Source: Eledone cirrhosa (lineage: Eukaryota). From it: a stretch of 64,000 nucleotides of DNA. Made by a program: the position numbers and the translations under genes. The stretch lies in NCBI GenBank assembly GCA_964016885.1, contig OZ024749.1, positions 45,632,001 through 45,696,000 of the forward strand, written 5' to 3'. This document shows, piece by piece, positions 45,133 to 59,007 of the stretch; position 1 is the stretch's first letter; each line of letters begins with the position of its first letter. The notes below the pieces were generated by a model that was not told the origin of the DNA, ran no database searches, and worked only from the letters and a program-made list of their open reading frames with translations.

Positions 45133-45584
45133 TATTATGAGTAATGAGCGTTGACTGAAACTAACTTCACCAGCCATTGGAAGCTATTGTTACTGTTTGG
45201 CTGATGTGAGCCTATCGTTTTATAGAAGAACCAAAAGCCGTGATAAAGCTGTATTAGGCCGACAGAGAAATAGGAATCGCTTATCTTTATAATGGGGGCT
45301 CTGTCATGTTCAGTGAACCAAACCTTATCGAGCTGCATGATCTCGGTAGACATTTTTTTTTCGGGTGTTTTGTTCTGTTATTTTTGTTTTACAATATATT
45401 TCCTCTCACTCAGGTTTAGCGCAGTTAAAAATTTTCTACTGCCAGTCTTTAAAAATATTGTCTGATAACGAACGGAACGGATAGAAGAATATTAACAACA
45501 AAGATATATGATAAACAAAAATGCAAAACAAAATATATAAAAACGTATAAATATCAATGCAAAACAACGCGCCTTCTTCCACTC

Positions 45585-45672
<88 letters not shown>

Positions 45673-45713
45673 TTATGTATATATATATATATATATATAC
45701 ATATATACATGTA

Positions 45714-45848
<135 letters not shown>

Positions 45849-45909
45849 GGAGAGATAGAGAAGAGGAATGTGGAAAGTGATGGAGAGAAATATATGAGAG
45901 TGAGCGAGG

Positions 45910-46007
<98 letters not shown>

Positions 46008-46013
46008 TACATG

Positions 46014-46099
<86 letters not shown>

Positions 46100-46732
46100 T
46101 GTGTGTGTGTATGCATACAACTGAATAAATAAATATATGTAACTAACTATCAAACAAACCAACAAATGAAAATCCATATTGTGATACATTAATCATAAAG
46201 TTAGGATATGAATCTAATAAGAGTGCATAGTTATTCATTCACTATATGGCATGCATTATAATATGAATGCCCTTATATATCGCCGAAAACTTTTCTTTGC
46301 TGCTGGTGTCGTTGGTGTTCATTTTGTTTGTTTATGGTCTTGGCTATGATTGTTGTAGTGTTGTTGGCAGCATTTATGATGCTAGTATGCCTAGTAGTAG
46401 AATGGCTATGGTTCAGATGTTGGCTGATGCTAGTCATGTTAGTACAATCGATGTTGCAGTAGTTATGCTTGGATTGTTTGCTTGTCATAATTTTGGCTAT
46501 GATAAAAATGTTGACGATGTTTCTGCTTCTTCAGATTATAGATTGCTATCGTCTTATCTCGTCAAGTTTCTGTCCAACAGATACTAAATCATGAAGTGAA
46601 ACCAGCAGTGTCAATAGACATTTTAATAGATTGAGACATTGCAAAGGAAACACCATGCGGTGTGGTGACGTTAAGACTGCATCTATCGAGTGTGCAATCA
46701 ACGAGATTAATGCTGGACCATCACGGGGGCAA

Positions 46733-46786
46733 AAGGAGAGGTGCCAATGGCTGCTAGAAATCTCGTATGCAGACAAGATGATATTC
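46733..46786 (+). pseudogene. possible decayed LINE reverse transcriptase fragment (YADD region)
   Basis: Translates KERCQWLLEISYADKMIF, loosely like the RTE-clade C-P-W-x-L-L-YADD-L segment. Judged by eye only. Confidence 0.25.
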
Positions 46787-46913
46787 TACAAGCGATGACT
46801 AAATGTCCGTACTGTTGAGGTTACAGTGGCTACTATCCCGGTGATGTTGATTGCCTGTACACTATAATGAGATGCGCAACCTGAATACTACAACTTAATT
46901 ATAAGCCTTACTA

Positions 46914-47050
46914 GGACGGTGGATTGGCAGTATCGGTAGATCGTCGGACACCATGCTTTGCGGTAAAGAGTTATGGCCCTTTATGGTTTGAGTTCAAATC
47001 CCGCCGAGGTTAACATTGTCTTTCATCCTTCCGGGGTCGATAAAATAAAA
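46914..47050 (+). mobile_element. SINE family A, 3'-truncated
   Basis: Head, B box and central domain, ending at GATAAAATAAAA. TTACTA occurs on both sides (46908-46913, 47051-47056). Confidence 0.9.
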
Positions 47051-47172
47051 TTACTATTAGTTCAGTCAGCTGCTGTATCGATATGAATCACTTTCAATAA
47101 AATTTCGCCAGAAATAGAATAGCAAAATTTAATAAGCGGGATAGAGAGGGGCAGATATTGATGCTTATTGAT

Positions 47173-47303
47173 ATATATAGAGGGATTGGAAAAGTGTTCC
47201 GTGTAGTAGATCTAGAGATGAGGAGAGTTTGGTATTAATTTATATAGAGAGGGTTATTGGAAGAGTGTTTTGTGTAGCTGATATAGAGAGAGGAGAGTTG
47301 GCT
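47173..47303 (+). repeat. diverged two-copy tandem duplication (~65 bp)
   Basis: TATATAGAG..ATTGGAA.AGTGTT..GTGTAG..GAT.TAGAGA.GAGGAGAGTT occurs twice. Confidence 0.75.
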
Positions 47304-47867
47304 GATGATGAAATTATCTATATTTTTGTTGAGATGGGCTATATTCAACAACCCGATCTGTATAAGTTGATTTCATTTGCCACCAATCTTCTCACTAGCT
47401 ACAACTGCAGACATACACGCACCCACATTAACATGTTGTCTAATATAAAAAGCCACCAGTAATCCTTATAATGTCAAACTAATATCTTGGAAATTATGAG
47501 CTATATATTTACACCAGTTCTCATTCGGCTTTGGGAGTAGGTAAGAACATATATGCATTAGTTTAGCAGTCAAAATAATTTTCTTTGATAATTCGAGTGT
47601 TATTTACTCACCAATAGCCTCTCGGCGTGAAAATTATCTTCCTTCGACAAATAGAGAAAGAAAAAGATACAAAATGGACAGAGATACAATAGCTAGATCA
47701 AAAATAAATACAAAAAAAAAACAAAAAAACGGGCCGATTCAGAGTTCCAGTGTACAGATATGAACACAATGAAGTATTCACAAATATTTCATTGTTCCAG
47801 CGTCAATGCCTCAAGCATAGGTTTTTACCAAGCCAGTTAATATATATATATATATATATATATATTC

Positions 47868-48099
<232 letters not shown>

Positions 48100-49172
48100 A
48101 AATTTCGAATCCAAGAACCAGTTTTTAAGTGGCTATGTTTTCTCTCAAGGCAAATAAAAAAAGCGTAAATATTAATGCATATTTATTATATAAATTATTA
48201 ATGTCATTACATAGTATATTGTTCGTCTAATTAGGAATCCAAATTTTAGCGACATGATTGTAAAAATATTGACTGACCTTTGAGATCTTATGTAGTTAGT
48301 TTCTTTTTCACATAAGACCAAACGAAAAGTAAGAAACAGAAAATACCATGTAACATGATATTCCCGCTCCTACAATGGTTCTCTTCCTCTGTTATAATAC
48401 AATTGAGTAGACGAATCACCATATTTGAAATTAGAAACGTTTATCATAATGGTTTGCAAAAGAAATTGCTAATAGTTATTTCAGATATGGTAGGGTTTTC
48501 CGTAAACGTTTATCCAAAGGCAGAGAGACATTGTTACATTATTTTGTTTTTCTTATCACTATTTTGTGGTCAGTAAATAAGATTGAAAAAATATGCTTTC
48601 AAACAAATATAATAATGATAATAATAACAAATGTCCTTCCTTGCACAACGATAGAAATGGCGAATATAGAAGGACAATGGACAATCACAGTGGGTAGTTT
48701 AATTGAAATGTGCACAAATAAAAATAAAATAAAAATGGCTATGGTACACAAAACCTGACTAAATCAATAAGTAGAAATCAATAAAATATGTTTTATTTGG
48801 CTTGAGAAGATCGACTGAATACACAAGAACGTAATGCACCAGCGTGGCCTTGATGCAATCATTGAAGAGGCATGCAAATTACATGCCGATGGCTAGATGA
48901 ATGTATTCACATTTTCGCTTATGCAACTTTTTAGATTATTTTTTCACACAGTCCAATGGGTGACAGGGCATTAAACAAATATTGCATTATATTGAAGATT
49001 ATGTATGTGGCTCGTACATGCAGCTTCTAATAATACATATACGTGCCACCATCAACAAAAAACTTTGATAATAACAGTTCCTTGAAATCCACGTAATACT
49101 CTATACTGAATATACAGAAGTTTATTCTTTCATATCATCTGGCTCATTCTATTGTATCACGAAATGGCACTC

Positions 49173-49333
<161 letters not shown>

Positions 49334-49886
49334 GAGAGAGAGAAGGAGAGAGAGTGGGGGGTAGATAGAGATCCAGGGAAAGATTTAACACCGCTTATTA
49401 CACTTAAATTGTCGAGAAAAATGTATTGGCCTCAAAGCAAACACACAAAATAGAAATACAAAAACTAAAAGCAACAGCAAAATAAGTAAAAATGAAAACA
49501 TAAGTCTGAACGACCGACATATAATATAATAAATTAATATATTATCAATAAATATCCTACGGCCATCCTATTGCGGATGACTATTTATTAGATGTCAATT
49601 TCTTTATGACATTTCATCAACTTTAAACTTTGACCCTCTATTGGGTTAGTGTTAGAAATCGCCTTGTCTGTAGCATCCTGTTAATGGACCTTATTAAAGT
49701 GATATCATCGAATGGGCAAGTGTTACGAAGAAACAAAGAAACAACAGTGAAGAGAATGTGCTAAACCAAGCAAAGTACAATAGAATAAATACTACACAAT
49801 TTTATCATTCATCCACCATCTTCCTTTTTCTTTATCCTCCTGCTTGTATTACGTTCGCCTCTCCCTCTCTTTAGGTATACGTGCCT

Positions 49887-49925
<39 letters not shown>

Positions 49926-49971
49926 TTATGTGTACATATAGAGACAATGTCACACATATATTTATATATGC

Positions 49972-50024
<53 letters not shown>

Positions 50025-50069
50025 CATATATATATACTTACATATACACACATATGCACACACACACAC

Positions 50070-50104
<35 letters not shown>

Positions 50105-50146
50105 CATACATACATACATATATATACGTACATATATACATACGTA

Positions 50147-50184
<38 letters not shown>

Positions 50185-50751
50185 TATGTATATTAATACT
50201 CCGCATAATGCCAAAAAATATATGCAACATTGTCATTTACTTTGTTGGGCTGTTCTTATTTATATTTCATATTCCTTCCATTTTTTTAATATAAGAGATT
50301 ACACATTCTCACCAAGGAAGCAGTTATATTTATATCTTCCCGCTACCACCAAGCGTTCCCTATATATTACCTGCCTGGGGCGCCTCTCCCAATCATTTAT
50401 TTGCAGTTGTGTATGAATTTGAAATCTATAAGCGTTTATAACAACACGTATTGCTATCCAATTCGTTTAAACGCATTAACTAAGTACCGACAAATCATGC
50501 GACAAATGCGCCCTTCAGGTAATAAGCGCTAAAATATTGTAAGGCAATATATTATTATTGTTATTTTCATTATTTTTATTATTAATATTATTGTGTTGTT
50601 TGTGGTAGTGGTGCTGATTCATGTTATTTCGTATTTTAAATGTTAGTAACAATAACAGTACGAAGAATATATATATGTATTTGTGTGTGTATATATATAT
50701 ATACGTATGTGTGAGTGTGTGTATAAATTATATATATATATACATCTATAT

Positions 50752-50821
<70 letters not shown>

Positions 50822-51399
50822 TTATTTTGTCTGTGTGTTATTAACTTCTTGTTTATCTCTTGAGAGCCTATAATCCTTCCCCACGATTCACCTGACCTCA
50901 TTCTAAAACACGATGAAAAAGATCCCATTAAAGATGAGAAGCATCAATTCGCAAACTGTAATACTCATAATGTTCAGCTCGTCTTCACATACTTTTATGC
51001 CAATGAATAAAGAGACTCCTGAAAGTGGACCCTTCCAGATTGGTCGCTTCCACCTGTACATTCAAATCATTCTATAACATAAACTGGACAAACATGTGGT
51101 TACCTTTTCTAAATATCTTACTAATCTAATAACTGTCTTTCTGTTTTCGGTATTTACCCACATCACGGAACATGTCATTCCTCGATATAGTAAGAAACCA
51201 TCGTATCTCTAATCCAAAGCGTTCCACTAAATTCATATTACACCCTTTTTTATATCCAGGCCTACAATTAAGATATGATTATTTTTTTCTCATTCTAATA
51301 ACAGTATGGTATTATTTGAGTGTGCTTCATATAATATTTCTAGTTCATCATGTAGAGATCTATTTATCGATAAGCTTCCACACATCTCTCGCATACCAA

Positions 51400-51498
51400 T
51401 TTGGGTGAACCTCGTGCAAACAGATAACAGAAATAATATTTCCATTGGTCTTTCCAGTACTGATACTATATTCATGGCAGAAAGAGCAACGTGAAATA
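51400..51498 (-). mobile_element. SINE family B, 3' portion
   Basis: GGGTGAACCTC...TTCCATTGGTCTTTCCA...CAGAAAGAGCAACGTGAAATA matches 17265-17372. Confidence 0.7.
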
Positions 51499-51508
51499 AT
51501 ACACACAT

Positions 51509-51588
<80 letters not shown>

Positions 51589-51637
51589 TTATATATATAT
51601 ATATATAGACAGAGAGAGACATAAATATGTATGTATA

Positions 51638-51702
<65 letters not shown>

Positions 51703-52107
51703 GTGTGTGTGAGTTTATGGCATTATATGCATCATTTAAGTATATAAGATCTTTGAGGCTTAATGTGACAGATCCAGTATTGGATCGCTAAGTTATTTGA
51801 ACGGGCAGCAGCTATAAGCGACAAGCTTGGGATGATAGATATATTCATTGATATTTAAAAGGCCAGGTTAAAGGGCCAGACGATTCAGTATAACTGTACA
51901 AGGATAGAAAAAGCGTTAGATGTTGGCATTTAAAAAAATATATTTTGTCGTTTGCCATTTGTTCAAAAGATTCTGCGGTTTATTTTTTTTATATTTACTT
52001 TATTTTTCTTCGTGAATATGATTATGACCTTCTGGAAATTTCGAAAAACTTATGGATGTGTTGATGGCAAAATATAAGTCATGGATTAATCATTTTTCGC
52101 CACTCAA

Positions 52108-52287
52108 AATTGAACACTGTGGAATTATTTTCCAATAAATTAGACATTCATTATATAATTTTATTTTACAATTTTCGTGATATCCTTTTATTGAGATCAC
52201 ATCATAAAAGGATTTCACGAACATTGTAAAATAAAATTATATAATGAACGTATAATTTCTTGGAAAATAATTCCACAGTATTCAATT
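52108..52287. repeat. fold-back palindrome (arms 84 bp, 12-nt loop)
   Basis: 52108-52191 is the reverse complement of 52204-52287 with few mismatches. Confidence 0.93.
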
Positions 52288-53375
52288 GTATATATTTGTG
52301 AGTGTATGTATGTCTAACAAAACAAACCTTATATCACTGAAATAGTAATTGATGACCAAAGCTGTACCGATTCTCTTCGACTAGTTTCGTAAACTTATAA
52401 TTCTCTAATGTGTAAGGCAAAAGGACGGCATTTGAATTGTAAATTGTACATTTTTACCTAATCCATTTAAATGTATTTCTTATTTAAACCAGTCTGATGT
52501 ATAGGAAAATGTTCAATTTTTGAATTTCCTAACAATGGTTAGGTTTGGCTAACCACCTCTTCTATGTAAGGTCACGTGTTTCATAGAGTTGAATTGAAAA
52601 AGTGATCTTATTGCTTTGATGAGATCCGCGAAGATTAAAGATGTCTGGGTCGGCTTTCTACTCACCACGTCGTTGTTACATCACTGACTAGGGAGAGTTT
52701 ACATGATATTAAAAATAATGGCACCCTTTGTTCCATCTCCCATATTAGCTTATCTCTGTTGATCGGCGGAGGCCAATTTATCGCAACTAACCATCATATA
52801 TGGTGGCCCTTTCGCTATCCAATGCCCACAATTCATTCTCTAGTTCAACGCCTATGACGAGTAATGCATATTTATTTTCAAAAATGATATGTGAAGCATA
52901 GGGTTTTTCATTTTTTCCGTAAGAAATATAGTAACAACATGTTAAGCATAGGTTTGTACGAACGGGCCAAATATTGGCATATATAACAATAATAAAAACA
53001 ACAAACAGTGTGAAGAGCATCAACAAGGATAGAAAGAAACAAACAGCCGTTATGTTGACAGTTAAATCTGACAGGTATTATTGATGTTAAATTTGGTTCT
53101 ACTAAGAACAGTTCTATTGAAAACACATATAATCTTATAATCCATTCCTGCATGATGAGACATGTCCATTGTTTCGTTGTGGTCATTTAAGAAATATTTA
53201 TGAATATACGACTAACAATCTCCGTAGAGGAGAAAGAAATACCTCGTTCAATTCCTCGCCATGAAGCTCAGACAGATTTTTCTCATTCACAATATATTGA
53301 TTTTAATATACATATATATATATATATGTTATGACGAAACATAAGTCAATTGCATGGACCCCTAATCCTTTATTT

Positions 53376-53431
53376 ACTGCTATATATATTTCGATGATAG
53401 CCATTGAATGGCTATGACCTCATCAGGCAGT
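53376..53431 (-). ncRNA. minimal type I hammerhead ribozyme (best-formed copy)
   Basis: Minus strand reads ACTGC CTGATGA GGTCATAGCCAT-tca-ATGGCTATCATC GAAA TATATA TA^GCAGT. Canonical G10.1-C11.1 pair, stem II 11/12 paired, perfect 5-bp stem I, palindromic stem III. Confidence 0.88.
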
Positions 53432-53490
53432 TAGAAAGTTCTTAGATATGCCAGCTCTGTGTTTATAGTGTTGATTGTATCAGAGCCTTG

Positions 53491-53529
<39 letters not shown>

Positions 53530-53783
53530 CACGCACATATATATATATGTATGTAACTAAGACATGCTTTAGAATTTAGAATAAACATAAAATGTATTGA
53601 TTTAATAAATATAACAATGAATAATACTACGGAAATAGTTTTTCAAATAGTAGCGCGATACACTCACTAAAATACACACACGCCAACACATACACGCACA
53701 TCTAAACATACACACAGATACACACACACACACAAACACATATGTGTGTGTGTGAGTGTTTGGGTAAACGTGAATGTGTCAGT

Positions 53784-53968
53784 AATAATTGTTTCTACTT
53801 TTGGCACAAGGCCAGCATTATCCCAGTGTATTACTGGTACTTTATTGTATCGACCCCGAAAGGAAGAAAGGCAAAGTTAACCTCGGCGGGATTTGAACTC
53901 AGACAATAAAAGGGCCGCAACTCTTTGCTGCAAAGCATGGCGTCCGACCCTCTACCGATACTGCCAAT
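53784..53968 (-). mobile_element. SINE family A, near full length
   Basis: Reverse complement of the consensus. Confidence 0.94.
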
Positions 53969-54397
53969 ATCTAACCCTAGACTTTCATGTGGAAAAAGAC
54001 CACTAGAACTCATGTTCTCATATCCATCAAAATATAGAAACATCCGATACATACACAAGCCTAACCCATCGCAACAATACATGTTAATGTAGACATGTCC
54101 TCAACACATGTAATTAGGCTAGATGATATGCACTGGTGTATATATTTTATGGTACGCATAACTCTTAATGCATTTACGCATACATATACATGTACGTTGT
54201 TACAAATGTGCATACACTATCAACATATTCCTTTAAACATATTAAAAAATCACCTCACATGCCTGAATATGTAGTTAAGTTTATAGTTTTTATTCGGATA
54301 GTCCATTATCGCGTATATGTATCTTTCCCCACCACACACTCAGAGGCACACATACACTCACATGCAAATAGGCATACACAGTAACTCTCACATATCA

Positions 54398-54460
<63 letters not shown>

Positions 54461-55760
54461 AGGTATAGGTATGTGTGTACCTTTTGTATGATTAACAGTG
54501 AAAGACAGCTGGACAAGGAAATAATAGGGGTGAATAAACACGTAAGAGCTTTTCGAGGAATGGAGCCATAGAGAATATGGAAACTCTCAAATTTGAAGTT
54601 GAATTATTTCATCGTGTCCGTCTCTATCTACATTAAGTTGTAGAAGCACTTATGTAGAAAACTCACAGCACAGATATATACAACAGACAGTTAGAGAATG
54701 TTAAACACGAGTGGACTCGAGAAAAATCCGTTATAAAATTTGTTTGTTTCTAATAAACAAAATGAAACCAGTTCCCACATGGATATTTCGTCTATTGTGT
54801 GTGTTCGTTTTGTCAAAAATGCTTTGTTGCACACGGACAATTAACACAGTACTGCTAGCGCATGAATTAATATTTCCAGAACTTCTATAACTTAGTGTTT
54901 AACTGTAATATAGCATACAAACATACAGATACAGAGGATGAGAGAGAGTAAGATAGATAGAGAGAAAATATGTGTGAGAGAGCTAGAGAGGGTGAGAGAC
55001 AGGGAATGAAAGATTTGTCATGAATCCGTAAGTATCCCAGCATTAAATACTAAAGTAGTTTTTCACCATCTACTTACCTCGGGGAGGGTTCGCTTAACGA
55101 TTTCCTCATGAATGTCCATCCATTAGGCAGCTGATATGTTACTTCTAGTATTAACAGCTACAATAATAACAACAATAACAACAACAAGAATATAAACAAC
55201 ACCAACATCAACACATACAAGAGGAAAAAGCAGTAGAGAGCTTCTATCTCCGGGGGAAAAAGAGGTTTAATGAAACGCGTTGGACGGTGTTTGCTTCGCT
55301 TAGCGCAAATTATGGATGAAATCGGCGAAATATTATGAAGTAGTCATTGGGATTCGTTGCTGTATGAAAACTTATATGCTATATTTGCAAGGGGCATAAA
55401 TGTGTTTTGTGTTTGCGCATTTGCATACTTCATTTTGTTCTTTATTATTTTGCTTAATATTTTTTTCTAGTCTTTTTTCCCATCTCGGACCAAAAGTGGC
55501 GCAAACAAATCCTCGAAATATATAAGCTGCACTTAAGTACTATCATCTCTATATCACCCTATGGGTTTACAACAAATACGAAGGCGTCTAGCTTCATCAA
55601 TATTTTCCCAGAATCACTATTGCTTTCTATTTGCTACCACATATTCGTTCTGTATATCTACATAGTTTTATTTTTATCTCTAATTCTATATGTTCAACGC
55701 ACTTTCTCACTATTTCAAAACATACACACACTTATATGAACATATATATATATTTATATA

Positions 55761-55958
<198 letters not shown>

Positions 55959-55992
55959 TATATATATATATATTTATATATATATTTATATA

Positions 55993-56082
55993 TATATACA
56001 ATATTGTATATTTGTGCTTATACCAACACGCGCGCACATACCAATGTAAATACATACATACAATATCATAAATTATCATACA

Positions 56083-56116
<34 letters not shown>

Positions 56117-56208
56117 TGTATGATAATTTATGATATTGTATGTATGTATTTACATTGGTATGTGCTCGCGTGTACTGGTATAAACACAAATATACAATAT
56201 TGTATATA
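55993..56208. repeat. palindrome centred on a short (TA)n tract (arms ~95 bp)
   Basis: 55993-56086 is the reverse complement of 56113-56208. Confidence 0.93.
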
Positions 56209-57520
56209 CAATACGTATATACTCATAATGAATAACAGCACAGGTAAATATCATGCTCCAAATACCTCATGTCTAAATAATAAAAACCTGAAATACATAA
56301 TAACCAAGACATACATATATTATAATTTTAAAAATCTCTACGCAGTACAATAACGTAATAAATTTAAAACCAAAATAGACCTATTAATATTTAGATAAAA
56401 TTTGAAATTCCATCATAAACTTAGTATAGGAATCACTACTGAGAATCAATGATTAAATTCAAATTAATTGTAAATTAATCAAAATCCACCAAACTAACGC
56501 ATGGACCTAAAAAATATGGTGTTAAATCCGTACAAAAACGACGCCACTTCTCTTGCTCCGAAAATCTTCTTACACTTTTCCAGAGACATGTATATACATA
56601 TCGTGCCATTTTTAGCGCACTGTGGTAATTTTGGTACATTCAGGAGTCTTGGAAGCGCAACCTTATAAAATACAATAAACACTGTATGAATATATATGTG
56701 AATGTCTGAATGCCTGACTATTTAGTTAATTCACACACACACATATACATACATACACATACACACACATATACATACATACACACACACTACACGTACC
56801 CCCCCCCCCCACACGCACACGTATACGCAATGCAATGCACACGCACAGACTCGCGTACAGTTTCATACTATCACACACTCACTAAAACAGTTGCACGAAC
56901 GCTAATATGCCCCTGCATATAAACGCATTAGTTAAATACTCGCTCTCGCAGACATGTAAACACACACTTAGTTTCATACACACACACACCAATGTACCCG
57001 ATCATACAACTACTTATCTATTAATACACTCATACATATGCAGACATAAACACGCACACACGTAACTACGTTTGCTTCCAGACAGAGATACCATTATACA
57101 TATAGCAAGACCGTTACATGGACACACAATCACAACCAAACTCCCATTAAATATTATCGAATGGATCAACAGACCATATCGACATTCGTTAGTGTCTGAA
57201 TCAGAGCATAAAGAGAACACCCATATAGTACAAGTAAGAGATACATGATGAACAAGTCCACAGAGAAAATGGTGTTGACGTTTACAGCCTGATGAAAGGA
57301 CGTAGACGAAAGGTATACATGTACAGTATTTCACACCTTATCTATTATGATATCTGAGTTGATGTGGAGAATATCGGGGTAAAAGACTGTCTGGAGTTTG
57401 TCAACTTTATAGTGACTGCCTATAACAGATCTACTTGATTAAAGTAAAATTGTCTCCCGTTGATATGCTTGAGATACTTATACTTGTTTGTATATTGGAG
57501 GTAGCATGTGTCATAATAAT

Positions 57521-57742
57521 GATTGCTGATATAGGCACAAGGTCAGCAATTTCTTTTTTGGGGGGGGGGAGAGGAAAGTCGATTAAATCGACCCCAGTGC
57601 GTGATTGTACATCATTTTATCGATCCCGTAAGGATGAAAGGCAAAGTTAACCTCGGTGGGATTTGAACTCAGATCACAAAAGGCCGTAAATCTATGCTGC
57701 AAAGCATAGCTGCCGACCCTCTACTGATACTGCCAATCCACC
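57521..57742 (-). mobile_element. SINE family A, long-tail subfamily
   Basis: Carries the same extra GGGGTCGATTTAATCGA segment as the 41235 copy. TSD CATGTGTC(A/G)TAATAAT at 57505-57520 and 57749-57764. Confidence 0.92.
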
Positions 57743-57776
57743 AGTTAACATGTGTCGTAATAATCTTATTTAACAG

Positions 57777-58062
57777 AGGCATAAAACCACACAGATTTTT
57801 TTAGGTGTGACGTGGAGGATTAAGTCAAACCTGGTGCATGAATGATATTTATTGAGCCCAAAATGATAAAATGCAATGTCTACAATGGCGATATTTGAAC
57901 ACAGACGTTCAAAGCCGAAAGAAACGATATATTACATTGTATCTGTCAGTCTAAGGAGTCTATCACGTTACCTTTAATTTCTAACACAATCCCAAGGACA
58001 GGCATTTAGAAATGGGAACAATCGATCAAATCGAACATATACTTGTCAGGTACTTTATTTTA
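57777..58062 (-). mobile_element. two old, diverged family A-related SINE remnants
   Basis: Loose matches to the reverse-complement consensus at ~57777-57905 (ending ATTTGAACACAG) and ~57979-58062 (ATCGATCAAATCGA...GGTACTTTATTTTA). Confidence 0.5.
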
Positions 58063-58630
58063 CCAACACTCTCTATCATTAGTAAAGGAAAATATATCAC
58101 ATATAAGTACTTAATTAAATAAACAGCTAAGTGGTGTGAGTTTTTATCGTCTCCATGACAGAAGATGTATTTCTACATATTTACATCCTCCTCCTATAGT
58201 GGAAGCTACGAAATATCTGTGTGTTGATAATAAGCCTAGTTTATTCGAAAGTTGTTTCCTGCTCGAATTTCAATCGTAATAGTAAGAAATTAATTCTTCA
58301 CACGAATATAATTTGGAGTTTGTAAAGTAAAGGCAGGAGACTCAACAACTACCGAGGGTCGACTGAAAGGTTAATCGACTGACTATGAAGGAGTGATGGT
58401 AGAGTTGCGATACCTTGCATACATTAATGGCACATTAGAGTCAAAGAAACGTTGCACCAAAAGAGAGAACGCCGAATTTTACATTCATACAATTTATCAT
58501 TTCAAACAAAATTCCCTATCATTCTTTTGTTTAGTTATTTTATGGTTTGTTTCACTTTATAACTTCTAACGTCTTTCAAACTCCTTTCTTTCTGACATTC
58601 TTTATTAATTGTCATTGTTATTTTATAATT

Positions 58631-58833
58631 GTGGATTGGCAGTATCGGTAGATTGGCAGTATCGGTAGAGGGTTGGACGCCATGCTTTCCAGCATAGTTA
58701 CGTCCCTTTACGATCTGAGTTCAAATCCCGTCGAGGTTGACTTTGCCTTTCATCCTTACGGGGTCGATAAAATAAAGTACCAGTAATGCACTGGGTAATT
58801 GCTGGCCTTATGCCTAAAGTAGAAACAGTTATT
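58631..58833 (+). mobile_element. SINE family A, full length with a duplicated 17-bp A-box segment
   Basis: GATTGGCAGTATCGGTA occurs twice. TSD GTTATTTTATAATTGT at 58617-58632 and 58828-58843. Confidence 0.95.
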
Positions 58834-58835
58834 TT

Positions 58836-59007
58836 ATAATTGTTTCTACTTTTGGCACAAGGCCAGCAATTATCCCAGTGCATTACTGGTACTTTATTTT
58901 ATCGACCCCATAAGGATGGAAGTCATCCTTATGGGGTCGATAAAATGAAGTACCAGTAATGCACTGGCATAATTGCTGGCTTTGTGCCAAAAGTAGAAAC
59001 AATTATT
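58836..59007. mobile_element. head-to-head pair of SINE A 3' halves forming a palindrome
   Basis: 58836-58918 (-) and 58924-59006 (+) are reverse complements separated by a 5-nt spacer. Confidence 0.93.

Noticed and set aside
45135-45353. 72-aa ATG-initiated minus-strand ORF
   Set aside because: No motif or codon-bias support, and it runs into a microsatellite.
46508-46540. Minus-strand CTGAAGA-AGCA-GAAACATCGTC
   Set aside because: No stem II and no stem I pairing.
50989-51051. Possible minus-strand micro-exon (cag|GTGGAAGCG...AAA|gtatgt)
   Set aside because: Poor polypyrimidine tract and two open frames; not supportable without transcripts.
57285-57325. Plus-strand CTGATGA...GAAA
   Set aside because: The intervening 12 nt do not form stem II, and there is no stem I.
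58380-58480. Possible LINE RT C-terminal remnant (ELRYLAY...)
   Set aside because: Similarity is too short and weak to support.
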